Source: Patescibacteria group bacterium (lineage in GTDB: Bacteria; Patescibacteriota; Minisyncoccia; UBA6257; UBA9933). Taken from it: a stretch of DNA of 64,000 nt. The notes under the pieces were generated by a model, which did not search any database, was not told where the DNA came from, and saw nothing but the letters and a program-made list of their open reading frames with translations. The stretch's first letter is position 1, and the number at the start of each line of letters is the position of its first letter. The DNA lies in the NCBI GenBank assembly GCA_038065035.1, contig JBBTRV010000007.1, forward strand, positions 2,382 to 66,381, read 5' to 3'. The position numbers and the translations under genes are program-made. This document shows, one piece after another, positions 1-9,431 of the stretch.

Positions 1-68
1 CTTTTAAAGTAGTTTTCTGTTAATCTTTTGGCAGATAATAATTGACAATTACATAAGGAGGATAAGCG

Positions 69-659
69 ATGAGAATATCTAAAATTATCACAATGACGAT
101 TGTATGTTTTTTTGTATTTTTGTTTATTTTTATTGTGGGCGTGAAATTTAGCTGGCGATTTCAAAAATCAGCGATTCTTATTGTTGATGTGGCGGATTAT
201 GGAATCGGCGGCAAGGAAAAAATATTAGATTGGTTCGAGCATAATGATGAGTTGAAAAACGAGTTTGATTTTCGGGCAATAATAACGACAAATGCCGATT
301 TTTCATCGTTTAATCCCTTTCGATTCTACGATGAAATTGAAGCAATGTTGGGCGCGAAAAATTTAATTCATGCCACTATGCCTGATTTGACGCTCGGCCT
401 ATATTTTTCTTCTGTGTTTTTCAAGAATAAAGACATATTTTCCGATAAAACAGAAAAGAATTTAATTATTATTTCCGGCCGCGCCAATCAGTCGCAAGAA
501 ATAAAGAATTTTCAGCTTAATAATCCAAATATCAAAATTATAATTGCGACGCTAAATTCTGAAAAGCAAAAGACGTATCCATTTAAAATTAAAAGAAAGT
601 CTAAAAACGTTGCGAAAGGAGGGCTAATACCCTCCTTTTTTATTTATTTGACTTGGTAA
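69..659 (+). CDS. Membrane-anchored hypothetical protein, possibly a degenerate vWA domain
   Basis: SD AAGGAGG at 55-61. N-terminal TM helix. ILIVDV / DLTLGL / NLIIISG / IKIII segments are spaced like a vWA fold, but DxSxS is absent. Confidence 0.5.
   Translation: MRISKIITMTIVCFFVFLFIFIVGVKFSWRFQKSAILIVDVADYGIGGKEKILDWFEHNDELKNEFDFRAIITTNADFSSFNPFRFYDEIEAMLGAKNLIHATMPDLTLGLYFSSVFFKNKDIFSDKTEKNLIIISGRANQSQEIKNFQLNNPNIKIIIATLNSEKQKTYPFKIKRKSKNVAKGGLIPSFFIYLTW
615..641 (+). terminator. Intrinsic terminator overlapping the 3' end of ORF 69-659
   Basis: AAAGGAGGG-ctaata-CCCTCCTTT followed by a T tract. Confidence 0.6.
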
Positions 660-717
660 ATTTTTAGGAATAAAGTTTATAATAATAACCCCTATAGATT
701 TAAGGAAATAGGGTCTT

Positions 718-3252
718 TTGTCTATGGAAGATAAAATAATTATAAAAGGCGCTCGGGTTCATAATTTAAAAAATATTTCTCTTGAGCTGCCGAAGAATAA
801 AATGATAGTTTTTACCGGCGTTTCCGGAAGCGGCAAGTCTAGCTTGGCGTATGATACGATTTTCGCCGAGGGTCAAAGGCGATATATTGAATCTTTAAGT
901 CCTTACGCGCGGCAATTTTTAGGGCAAATAGATAGGCCGGATGTAGATGAAATTATCGGGCTTTCGCCGGCGATTGCCATCAATCAAAAATCTTTATCGC
1001 ATAATCCGCGCTCTACTGTTGGGACGCTCACGGAAATTTACGATTATTTAAGGGTTTTATACGCGCGTTTAGGCGAGATTTTTTGCCCTTTGTGCGCCAC
1101 AAAAATTGAAAAATTATCTGTTGAAGAAATGGTTGATATCATTATTAAGAAAGCGCGGCGGGAAAAAGCGGAAACAGCGACGATTTTATCGCCGGTTGTC
1201 CGTGGTCGGAAAGGAGAATATTACCAATTGCTGTATGATTTTTTGAATTTGGGATTTTCCGAAGCGAGAATTGACGGAAAATTTCATTCGCTCCACGAAA
1301 AAATAGAACTATCCCGTTATAAAGCGCATATGATTGAAATTGTTATTGATAAAGTAATGATTAATCCGTCGGCAGGCGGAGAAAGCCGTTTGTTTGAAGC
1401 GATGGAAACGGCGTTAGATCACGGCAAGGGATTAGTTTTGGCTGTTTTTGACGGCAAAGCGCCGGTGGAAATTTTACTTTCCAGCAAGTGGACCTGCCCG
1501 AAAGACAATTTCGCTTTTCCGGAAATTGAACCGCGCTTGTTTTCCTTTAATAGTCCTTACGGCGCCTGTCCGATTTGTTCAGGCTTGGGAAAAACAGATT
1601 TGTTTTTAAATACTATTTGTCCGGATTGCCATGGAAAAAGATTAAAACCCGAAGCGTTAAGCGTAAAAATTAATGGAAAAAATATTTATGAAGTTTGCAG
1701 TCTGACGATAGATAAAATAAATGAATTTTTCAGCGATTATGAAAAGAAATTAACGGAAAGGCAAAAAACAATCAGCCAGAATATTTTAAAAGAAATAAAA
1801 GACCGGCTGCGATTTTTGCTGGAAGTCGGCTTGGATTACGTGAGCTTGACACGCGAAGCGGAAACATTGTCCGGCGGCGAAGCGCAAAGAATAAGATTGG
1901 CATCGCAAATCGGCTCGCAATTGTCGGGAACGCTGTATGTTTTAGACGAGCCGACAATCGGCCTTCACGAAAGAGACACGGAAAAACTGATAAAAATTTT
2001 GAAAACCTTAAAAGAGCAGAATAATACTTTAGTTGTCGTCGAGCATGACGAAAGAACGATTGAAGAATCGGATTATCTGGTTGATTTAGGGCCGATGGCC
2101 GGAAAAAACGGCGGTGAAATAACGGCAAGCGGCAAGATAAAAGAATTAATGAAAAATCATAAAAATTTTAAAAAATCTTTGACTTTAAAATATTTAAGCG
2201 AAGAAGAAAAAATCGAAATTCCGGAAAATCGGCGGCAGAAAATAACGGAAAAATTGAAAATTATCGGCGCCCGGGCGAATAACTTGAAAAATCTCAACGT
2301 GGAAATTCCTTTAAGGAAGTTGGTTTGTATTACCGGCGTTTCTGGCAGCGGCAAATCATCTTTAATTCACGATGTTTTGTATAAAAATATAATAAATTTA
2401 AAATCCGGATTCGGCGAACCGCTCCAAAACGCCAGCCAGATTTTTGGCAGCGAATATCTTGATAAAATCGTAATGGTTGACCAGTCGCCTATTGGCCGAA
2501 CCCCACGCTCTAATCCGGCGACTTACACCGGCATTTTTACGCCAATAAGGGATTTTTTCGCTTCTTTGGAAGAATCGCGGGCGCGCGGTTATATCGCTTC
2601 AAGATTTTCTTTTAATGTCAAATCAAGCAATAAAGGCGGACGGTGCGAGGCTTGCGAAGGCGCCGGATTTAATTTGATTGAAATGCATTTTTTGCCGCCG
2701 GTTTTGGTGCAATGCGATGTTTGCCGCGGCAAAAGGTTTAATAGGGAAACATTGCAGGTAAAACATAAAAATAAGAATATCGCCGAGGTTTTGGAAATGA
2801 CCATTGATGAAGCTTTGGAATTTTTTGACGGACTTTATACTATTACCGATAAATTGAAAGTTTTAATCGAGGTCGGCTTGGGGTATCTGCAGTTAGGGCA
2901 GTCAGCGACCACTTTATCCGGCGGCGAAGCGCAAAGAATAAAGCTTGCTCGCGAATTAACCCATCCTTTGGGCCGGCGCGCTTTGTATCTTTTAGACGAG
3001 CCGACTGTCGGGCTTCATTACCATGATATTGAAATGCTTTTGAGGGTTTTAAATAAACTGATAGAAAAAGGCAATTCAATAATTGTTATTGAGCACAATA
3101 TGCAGATTATCAAATCGGCTGATTATATTATTGATTTGGGGCCGGAAGGCGGAGAAAAAGGAGGCAAAATAATTGCTAAGGGCAGCCCTGAAGAAATCGT
3201 TAAAAATAAAAATTCTTACACCGGAGCGTATTTAAAAAAGTATCTTGCTTAA
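718..3252 (+). CDS. uvrA: Excinuclease ABC subunit A (compact form; start may be ATG 724)
   Basis: GARVHNLKN, two GVSGSGKSS Walker A motifs, two LSGGEAQRI signatures, CxxC zinc fingers. Confidence 0.97.
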   Translation: MSMEDKIIIKGARVHNLKNISLELPKNKMIVFTGVSGSGKSSLAYDTIFAEGQRRYIESLSPYARQFLGQIDRPDVDEIIGLSPAIAINQKSLSHNPRSTVGTLTEIYDYLRVLYARLGEIFCPLCATKIEKLSVEEMVDIIIKKARREKAETATILSPVVRGRKGEYYQLLYDFLNLGFSEARIDGKFHSLHEKIELSRYKAHMIEIVIDKVMINPSAGGESRLFEAMETALDHGKGLVLAVFDGKAPVEILLSSKWTCPKDNFAFPEIEPRLFSFNSPYGACPICSGLGKTDLFLNTICPDCHGKRLKPEALSVKINGKNIYEVCSLTIDKINEFFSDYEKKLTERQKTISQNILKEIKDRLRFLLEVGLDYVSLTREAETLSGGEAQRIRLASQIGSQLSGTLYVLDEPTIGLHERDTEKLIKILKTLKEQNNTLVVVEHDERTIEESDYLVDLGPMAGKNGGEITASGKIKELMKNHKNFKKSLTLKYLSEEEKIEIPENRRQKITEKLKIIGARANNLKNLNVEIPLRKLVCITGVSGSGKSSLIHDVLYKNIINLKSGFGEPLQNASQIFGSEYLDKIVMVDQSPIGRTPRSNPATYTGIFTPIRDFFASLEESRARGYIASRFSFNVKSSNKGGRCEACEGAGFNLIEMHFLPPVLVQCDVCRGKRFNRETLQVKHKNKNIAEVLEMTIDEALEFFDGLYTITDKLKVLIEVGLGYLQLGQSATTLSGGEAQRIKLARELTHPLGRRALYLLDEPTVGLHYHDIEMLLRVLNKLIEKGNSIIVIEHNMQIIKSADYIIDLGPEGGEKGGKIIAKGSPEEIVKNKNSYTGAYLKKYLA

Positions 3253-3320
3253 TAGTTTTTTAGAATATATTATATTATGATAATTTATGCGGTTATAAAT
3301 TTTATGTCAATAACAATAAA

Positions 3321-4265
3321 ATGGAAAACAACAACGTAGAAAGAAGTATGGAGATGCGTTTTGGAGACGCGATAATCAAATCGCCGGAAGGTGGTATTCG
3401 TTATGGAGTTTTTGAATTACTTGAAGATAAGAAAATTACGCATGGTTTTAGCGCAATATCGAAAAATATGTCTTTTGGAGCGGAAAAAAGCGGATTAGAG
3501 AGAAGGGCGCTGAATGTTCGGTTAGGACAATTTTTGCGCGAAATTGGGATTCCAACAGAAAAACAAGTTATTATGACGGCAAATCTTTTTAAACCAATTG
3601 GAAACTTTGTAATTATTGGTGAAAAAGGGCTTACCCTAAATCAACTACCGCTACTTCGAGAGATATATGGCGATGATTTGGTACGATCTGCTTCAGATTA
3701 TCCGCGGTTTGTCGGAAGTGAATATGCCGCTGATGGCATATTCACTAATGAACCTGGAATAGCGCTTGAAGCCGTTTCTCGAGATTGTATGCCAATTATT
3801 GTAGCTGTCAGATCTGCTCAAAAGAGTTTAACGGGGATTGTCCATGGCGGAAGACGACAAATTGAAGCTGGTTTGGGTGAGCGTATTGTTGCGTTTTGCC
3901 GCGAATTTGCCGATGCTAGTCCGGAGGAAATATTAATAGGAATAGGTCCTCATATTCGTTCATGTCACTATTTCTTTAATCGCCGTCAGATTGCTGAAGA
4001 TGAAGGGGGGAAAAGCGTTTCGATCAACGAGGAGCGATGGGGTGATTATTTAATAAATAAAAGCAAGGATGTATTTTCTTTAGATATGGAAGGATTATTA
4101 ACACAAGAACTTATTAGCAAGGGCGTTCTTCCTCAATGTGTAGCACGCGCAGATTTATGTAGTTACGATGCGCAAGAACAGAGTTTTTCCGCGGCATCGC
4201 TTCGATATCAAAGCAAGCATAATCTTCCGCCAAGCCGAATGATAACAGTTGCTTTACACGATTAA
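3321..4265 (+). CDS. Divergent YfiH/PgeF (laccase-domain, purine nucleoside phosphorylase) family protein
   Basis: ADGIFT...DCMPII...VHGGRR...IGIGPHIRSCHY...DLC...SLR motif order. Confidence 0.8.
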   Translation: MENNNVERSMEMRFGDAIIKSPEGGIRYGVFELLEDKKITHGFSAISKNMSFGAEKSGLERRALNVRLGQFLREIGIPTEKQVIMTANLFKPIGNFVIIGEKGLTLNQLPLLREIYGDDLVRSASDYPRFVGSEYAADGIFTNEPGIALEAVSRDCMPIIVAVRSAQKSLTGIVHGGRRQIEAGLGERIVAFCREFADASPEEILIGIGPHIRSCHYFFNRRQIAEDEGGKSVSINEERWGDYLINKSKDVFSLDMEGLLTQELISKGVLPQCVARADLCSYDAQEQSFSAASLRYQSKHNLPPSRMITVALHD

Positions 4266-4336
4266 TTGTTGGTTTTAAGCTTAAACGTCTTTGCTGATTA
4301 TTTTGTTGAAAAATATTTTTCTATGTTTTTTCTCTA

Positions 4337-4364
4337 TTGACAAAAAATTTTTCTCATGTAAACT
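4337..4364 (+). promoter_or_regulatory. Putative sigma70 promoter of the accessory cassette
   Basis: TTGACA-16 nt-TAAACT. Confidence 0.5.
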
Positions 4365-4459
4365 GATAATTGTTTTTGAGTAATATTAGAATAACAAAAA
4401 CGTCTTAAAAAAGACTTTTAAAGTCTTTTTTATTTGGTCTTTGACAATAAAATAATATA

Positions 4460-4474
4460 TCCTCGGCGAAAGGA
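4460..4474. repeat. Left arm of a perfect 15-bp inverted repeat bracketing ORF 4512-5273
   Basis: TCCTCGGCGAAAGGA; its reverse complement is at 5285-5299. Confidence 0.9.
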
Positions 4475-4511
4475 TTTATATTATCAAACAATTTACAAAA
4501 AGGAGGTCGTT

Positions 4512-5273
4512 ATGAATGTGGTATCAAGACTAGTAAGGTTGTTGCCAAAAGAACTTGGGCATCTATCCCTGATTGACCCGCGAATGATTGTTGAATTAAC
4601 GGTCGCGCTCAACAAGGAGATTGAGATAGTTGAACTTAATTCAATTCACTTTCTTAATCTGAATAAAAAAATTTTAGTTCCGCTTCCAGAAAATACCCGG
4701 AAGGACGGAATTAAAATAAGGAGCATCCAAATTGTTCCGTCCGCAGAAAATCCCTTTGTTCTGATTGAAACAAATGGGCCAATGACCCCACATCTAAAAC
4801 AGGTGGTTGAAGCATTGATCAAAACAATGGGAAACTTTGGGATAACAAACGCTTTTTTCCCCGGCAATATTTTTGAATCGTATAACAGGGAAGAAGCGGC
4901 GTTGTTTTTTTTCGGCCGCAATATGGATACTATTAAAATGGTGTCCTGCGGCGCAGAAAACATCAGGATTATCGATGGAAAATTTATTCTTTTTTGCCAT
5001 AAAAAAAGAATAATAAAAAAGATGCGTATTGTAGATTCTCAGTATGATTGGATAGTTGGATCGTTTGCATTGTGGAAAGCCGATGAAGACATTCTTTTTA
5101 TTGGCAGGCCGAAAAATGATTCAATAACGATAACTTTTCAAAGCGGGAGAGTTTTTCAAATTGATTCTTGGGGGGGGCAACAACAAGAACATATTGTTGT
5201 TGAACCAATGGCTGCTCACGTAGAAGAATCAATTGGCATAACTCAAGGAAATCAAGTCAAGATTTCCGTTTAA
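4512..5273 (+). CDS. Hypothetical protein (253 aa)
   Basis: ATG 4512 is preceded by AAGGAGGT and is preferred to TTG 4434; no recognisable motif. Confidence 0.7.
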   Translation: MNVVSRLVRLLPKELGHLSLIDPRMIVELTVALNKEIEIVELNSIHFLNLNKKILVPLPENTRKDGIKIRSIQIVPSAENPFVLIETNGPMTPHLKQVVEALIKTMGNFGITNAFFPGNIFESYNREEAALFFFGRNMDTIKMVSCGAENIRIIDGKFILFCHKKRIIKKMRIVDSQYDWIVGSFALWKADEDILFIGRPKNDSITITFQSGRVFQIDSWGGQQQEHIVVEPMAAHVEESIGITQGNQVKISV

Positions 5274-5284
5274 TTTGGTTTTAT

Positions 5285-5299
5285 TCCTTTCGCCGAGGA
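5285..5299. repeat. Right arm of the 15-bp inverted repeat
   Basis: TCCTTTCGCCGAGGA. Confidence 0.9.
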
Positions 5300-5306
5300 A
5301 TTTTTG

Positions 5307-5346
5307 AAACGCCGCATCTTTTTAAGGATGACGGCGTTTTTATTTT
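5307..5346 (+). terminator. Intrinsic terminator
   Basis: AAACGCCG-CATC...GATG-a-CGGCGTTT followed by a T tract. Confidence 0.75.
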
Positions 5347-5379
5347 GTATATTTTTTATTTTTAAGATAAAGTTATTGC

Positions 5380-6564
5380 ATGAATTTATCATTTCAAGCT
5401 AAAAAAGCGCCTCAAACTCCCGGTGTTTATATTTTCAAAGATAAGAAAGGCGGCATTTTATATATTGGCCGGGCGATTAATTTAAGAAGAAGAATAGTTC
5501 AATATTTTCAAAAGCCGGTAGATTTTCGCATTCAAGAAATGGTTGACTTGGCGAGAACTATTAAATTAAAAAAAACCAAAGGCGTTTTGGAAGCGATTAT
5601 TTTAGAGGCAAATTTAATAAAAAAATATTGGCCGAAATATAATATTAAAGATAAAGATGACCGATCGTTTATTTATATCTTTATACCCGAAGCAGAATAT
5701 CCAAGACCATATATTATTAGAGGAAAAGAAATTGAAAATCAATCTGCCAGCTGGTGGATAAAAACTGAAAAATTTAATTTATTCGGCCCTTATCAAAGTT
5801 TGTCGCTTGTGAAAAGCGCCTTAAAAATAATCCGTCGAATTTTTCCATATAGTGCCTGTAAGCCATTTCAGGGCAAGCCTTGCTTTGATTATCAAATTGG
5901 TTTGTGTCCGGGCTTGTGCATTGGCGCGATTTCCAAAAAAGATTATCAGAAAAACATTAAAAACCTGATTTTGTTTTTGAAAGGCGAGCGGAAAAAGCTG
6001 ATTGAAAAATTGAAAAAAGAAAATCCGGAAAAAATTAAGGCGTTGGAACATATTCAAGATGTGGCGCTTATAAGCGCTGACCAGCGACTTATGACAAATG
6101 ACTTACGACCGTTAAACCGCATTGAGGGGTACGACATTTCGCATTTATCAGGCAAAGAAATTTACGGCTCAATGATAGTTTTTATCAATGGAGAACCGGA
6201 TAAAACTCAATATCGTTTATTTAAAATAAAGAACGCAAAAGCCGGCGACGATTTGGCGGCGTTAAAAGAAATGATTATCAGGCGTTTTAAGCATAAAGAG
6301 TGGCAATTTCCAAATTTGATTTTAATTGACGGCGGTCGGCCGCAAGTAAGCCATATTGAAAAAACATTGAAAGAATTATCAATAAACATTTCATTGGTCG
6401 GTATATCAAAATATGCCAAGGACGAGTTGATTTTCGTTAAAAATATCAAAAAATCAACAAAAGTAATGAGCATGGCTTCTAAAAATATTTTGCTAAAAAT
6501 AAGAGATGAAGCCCACCGGTTTGCTCTAAAATCCAGTCGCCGGAAAAGATTGAAAATAGTTTAA
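5380..6564 (+). CDS. uvrC: Excinuclease ABC subunit C (short form, no C-terminal HhH)
   Basis: GIY-YIG N-terminus (PGVYIF...YIGRA.NLR.R), IEGYDISH, LIDGG, IRDEAHRFA. Confidence 0.93.
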   Translation: MNLSFQAKKAPQTPGVYIFKDKKGGILYIGRAINLRRRIVQYFQKPVDFRIQEMVDLARTIKLKKTKGVLEAIILEANLIKKYWPKYNIKDKDDRSFIYIFIPEAEYPRPYIIRGKEIENQSASWWIKTEKFNLFGPYQSLSLVKSALKIIRRIFPYSACKPFQGKPCFDYQIGLCPGLCIGAISKKDYQKNIKNLILFLKGERKKLIEKLKKENPEKIKALEHIQDVALISADQRLMTNDLRPLNRIEGYDISHLSGKEIYGSMIVFINGEPDKTQYRLFKIKNAKAGDDLAALKEMIIRRFKHKEWQFPNLILIDGGRPQVSHIEKTLKELSINISLVGISKYAKDELIFVKNIKKSTKVMSMASKNILLKIRDEAHRFALKSSRRKRLKIV

Positions 6565-6585
6565 TTTGATATATACTTAAATAAT

Positions 6586-7038
6586 ATGATACAAAATTGG
6601 AATATTTTCATTCAATTATTTATTGCCGCTGTTCTTGGCGGTTTGCTTGGATTGGAGCGAGCTTTGGCCGGTAAAACAGCTGGACTTAGAACTTTTGCTT
6701 TAGTAAGCATGGGTTCGGCTTTGTTTATTATTATTTCAGAAACAATCGGTAATAATTATCTTGGTATTGCTACTTTTGACCCAATAAGAGTGGCTTCGCA
6801 GATTATCGTCGGCATTGGTTTTTTAGGCGCCGGATTGATTATATTTAAAGAATCAAAAATCAGCGGCCTGACAACCGCGGCTGGATTATGGGTGTCGGCT
6901 GGAATTGGCACTGCGGTTGGCTATAAATTATATTCGATCGCGCTTTTCGTTACTATTTTAACGCTTTTTATTTTTACAATTTTATGGTTTGTTGAAAGCA
7001 AAATTAAAAAAGAAGTTAATATCGATATAGAAAATTAG
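6586..7038 (+). CDS. MgtC/SapB family membrane protein
   Basis: GLER...AGLRTF...RVASQIIVGIGFLGAG...GLTTAA. Confidence 0.93.
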   Translation: MIQNWNIFIQLFIAAVLGGLLGLERALAGKTAGLRTFALVSMGSALFIIISETIGNNYLGIATFDPIRVASQIIVGIGFLGAGLIIFKESKISGLTTAAGLWVSAGIGTAVGYKLYSIALFVTILTLFIFTILWFVESKIKKEVNIDIEN

Positions 7039-7049
7039 AACTTCATTTT

Positions 7050-7790
7050 ATGGAAAATCAAGAAAATTTAGGCATTGACCAAAATAAAAAAAAAGATTAT
7101 TTGTTGCCTTTGAGCATCATTATCGCGGCATTGCTTATTTCCGGCTCTTGGATTTATACAACCGGCTTAAAAAATGTTGAGCCGGAAAAACAAATTAAAC
7201 AACCGGCTGTTTCGGAGTCAAATCTTGAAAATGTAAAGCCGATTTCCAATGATGATTATATTAGGAGTAATCCCAACGCTCCTGTAAAAATTATTGAATT
7301 TTCCGATTTAGAATGCCCGTTTTGTAAACTTTTTCACGGAACAATGAAACGAATAGTTGATGAGTATGACGGAAGGGTGGTTTGGGTTTATCGCCATTGG
7401 CCATTGGAACAGCTTCATTCAAAAGCGAAAACATCGGCTTTGGCGGCAGAATGCGCCGGCGGGTTGGGTGGTAATGATAAATTTTGGCAATATTTGGACA
7501 AATATTTTGAAGCCACACCGTCAAATAATCAAATTGACCTTAGCGAATTGCCTAATTTTGCCGAAAGTATTGGTTTGAATCGTTCTCAATTTGAAAACTG
7601 TTTGCAAAGCGGAAAATATGCGTCAAAAATTGATAATCAAATACAAGACGCAGTTAATTCTAATCCGGAATGTCCGCGTTGCGGCACGCCGTTTAGCGTT
7701 GTGATTGGCAGGAATGGAAAAAAATATCCGATTCCCGGAGCATATCCCTATGAAGACGTGAAAGCGATAATTGAGGAGTTATTAAAATAG
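7050..7790 (+). CDS. Membrane-anchored DsbA/thioredoxin-fold oxidoreductase
   Basis: EFSDLECPFC active site, YRHWPL, GTP cis-Pro loop, GAYPY. Confidence 0.9.
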   Translation: MENQENLGIDQNKKKDYLLPLSIIIAALLISGSWIYTTGLKNVEPEKQIKQPAVSESNLENVKPISNDDYIRSNPNAPVKIIEFSDLECPFCKLFHGTMKRIVDEYDGRVVWVYRHWPLEQLHSKAKTSALAAECAGGLGGNDKFWQYLDKYFEATPSNNQIDLSELPNFAESIGLNRSQFENCLQSGKYASKIDNQIQDAVNSNPECPRCGTPFSVVIGRNGKKYPIPGAYPYEDVKAIIEELLK

Positions 7791-7799
7791 CTTTCAGTT

Positions 7800-7998
7800 G
7801 CCGTCTATTTTATTTTCACTAAGTTTCAAGCGCTAATAAATAATACTCGTTTCGTTTAATTTCCCGACAAAAATTTGGTTTCCGTCGCCGGCTCGCCGCG
7901 CTCGGGACTCCGACCAAATTTTTGTTTCCTGGAAATTTACGCTCAACTTGTTTATTTATAATAGCGCTTCCAACAATCGTTCAAATAAAATAAACGGC
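7800..7998. repeat. ~200-bp nested imperfect palindrome (long hairpin element)
   Basis: Nested arm pairs: GCCGTCTATTTTATTT/AAATAAAATAAACGGC, AAGCGCTA/TAGCGCTT, ATAAATAA/TTATTTAT, AATTTCC/GGAAATT, ACAAAAATTTGGT/ACCAAATTTTTGT. Confidence 0.85.
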
Positions 7999-8006
7999 TC
8001 CTTTAA

Positions 8007-9248
8007 ATGAATTTTAATTATTTAAAAAAATCTGATTCTCAAATTTATAATTTAATTTCTTCCGAAGCAAGGCGTCAAAAAGAAAATATTAATCTTATTG
8101 CTTCGGAAAATTTTGTTTCTGAAGCGGTTTTGGAAGCGCTGGGTTCGGTTTTTACAAATAAATATGCTGAAGGATATTCTGGGGCGCGTTATTATGCTGG
8201 AAATATTTTTGTTGATAAGCTGGAAGATTTGACGAAAGGGCGAGCGTTGAAACTTTTTATCCGCCAGCCGACGGAACAAAAGAATTGGGATGTTAATGTT
8301 CAATGTTATTCCGGCACGCCGGCTAATTTGGCGGTTTATCACGCTTTAGTGCCGCTCGGCGAAAAGATTATGGGAATGCGTCTTGATATGGGCGGGCATT
8401 TGAGCCATGGCCACAAAGCGAGCATTACCGGAAAATTATGGCAGCAAGTTGTTTATGGAGTGGATCAGAAAACTGAAATACTAGATTATGACGAAATTCT
8501 GGAAATCGCCAAGCGCGAAAAACCGAAATTGATTGTTTGCGGCTATAGCGCTTATTCGCGGATTATTGATTTTAAAAAATTCCGCGCTATTGCCGATGAA
8601 GTTGGAGCTATTTTAATGATTGATATGGCGCATTTTGCTGGACTTGTGGCTGGCGGCGTATATCCTTCGCCATTTAAGTATGCTGATATCGTTACAACCA
8701 CAACTCATAAAACTTTAACCGGACCGCGTTCGGCTTTGATTTTTTCCAAAAAAGAATTTTCGCCAAAAATTGATAAGGTTGTATTTCCCGGACTTCAAGG
8801 TGGGCCGCATATGAATCAAATCGCGGCAGTGGCAGTGGCTTTGGAAGAAGCGAGTAAACCGGCTTTTAAAAAATATGCCGAGCAGGTAGTGAAAAACGCC
8901 AAAGCTTTGGCTGATGCGATGCAAAAACTCGGCTGGCGGATTATTTCCGGAGGCACTGATACGCATTTATTTTTGGTTGATGTTTGGCAGAAAAATATCG
9001 GCGGAAAGGAAGCCAGCGAACTTTTGGAAAAAGCCGGAATTATTGTCAATAAAAACGCTATCCCTTATGATAGTAGAAGCCCGATTGACCCTTCGGGCAT
9101 TCGGCTGGGCGCGCCGGCGATTACTACCCGCGGAATGAAAGAAAAAGAAATAAGGCAAATAGCCGGTTGGATTGATGCGGTATTGACAAAAAGGAAAAAC
9201 TATGCTTCAATTAAAAAAGAAGTTTTAGCGTTTTTACGAAAATTCTAA
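8007..9248 (+). CDS. glyA: Serine hydroxymethyltransferase
   Basis: LIASENF, NKYAEGY, GGHLSHG, TTTHKTL.GPR, SGIRLG. Confidence 0.97.
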   Translation: MNFNYLKKSDSQIYNLISSEARRQKENINLIASENFVSEAVLEALGSVFTNKYAEGYSGARYYAGNIFVDKLEDLTKGRALKLFIRQPTEQKNWDVNVQCYSGTPANLAVYHALVPLGEKIMGMRLDMGGHLSHGHKASITGKLWQQVVYGVDQKTEILDYDEILEIAKREKPKLIVCGYSAYSRIIDFKKFRAIADEVGAILMIDMAHFAGLVAGGVYPSPFKYADIVTTTTHKTLTGPRSALIFSKKEFSPKIDKVVFPGLQGGPHMNQIAAVAVALEEASKPAFKKYAEQVVKNAKALADAMQKLGWRIISGGTDTHLFLVDVWQKNIGGKEASELLEKAGIIVNKNAIPYDSRSPIDPSGIRLGAPAITTRGMKEKEIRQIAGWIDAVLTKRKNYASIKKEVLAFLRKF

Positions 9249-9296
9249 ATTTTGATATTTGATAAAAAAATAAGATAGAAAAGGAGGTGATGAGGG

Positions 9297-9431
9297 ATGA
9301 TATTGTTTATAAAAATTTTTATTTTGTTTGGTTCAATTTGTGGACTATATCTTTTGTATTTGGTTATAAAAGATAAAGTCGAGTTGGCAAAAATTGACCG
9401 AATTTTAAACCGAAAGGAGGGTGAGGAATGA
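9297..9431 (+). CDS. Small single-TM protein, 44 aa (MILFIKIFILFGSICGLYLLYLVIKDKVELAKIDRILNRKEGEE)
   Basis: AAGGAGGTGA at 9281-9290; stop overlaps the next ATG (ATGA); below the ORF-track cutoff. Confidence 0.7.
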   Translation: MILFIKIFILFGSICGLYLLYLVIKDKVELAKIDRILNRKEGEE

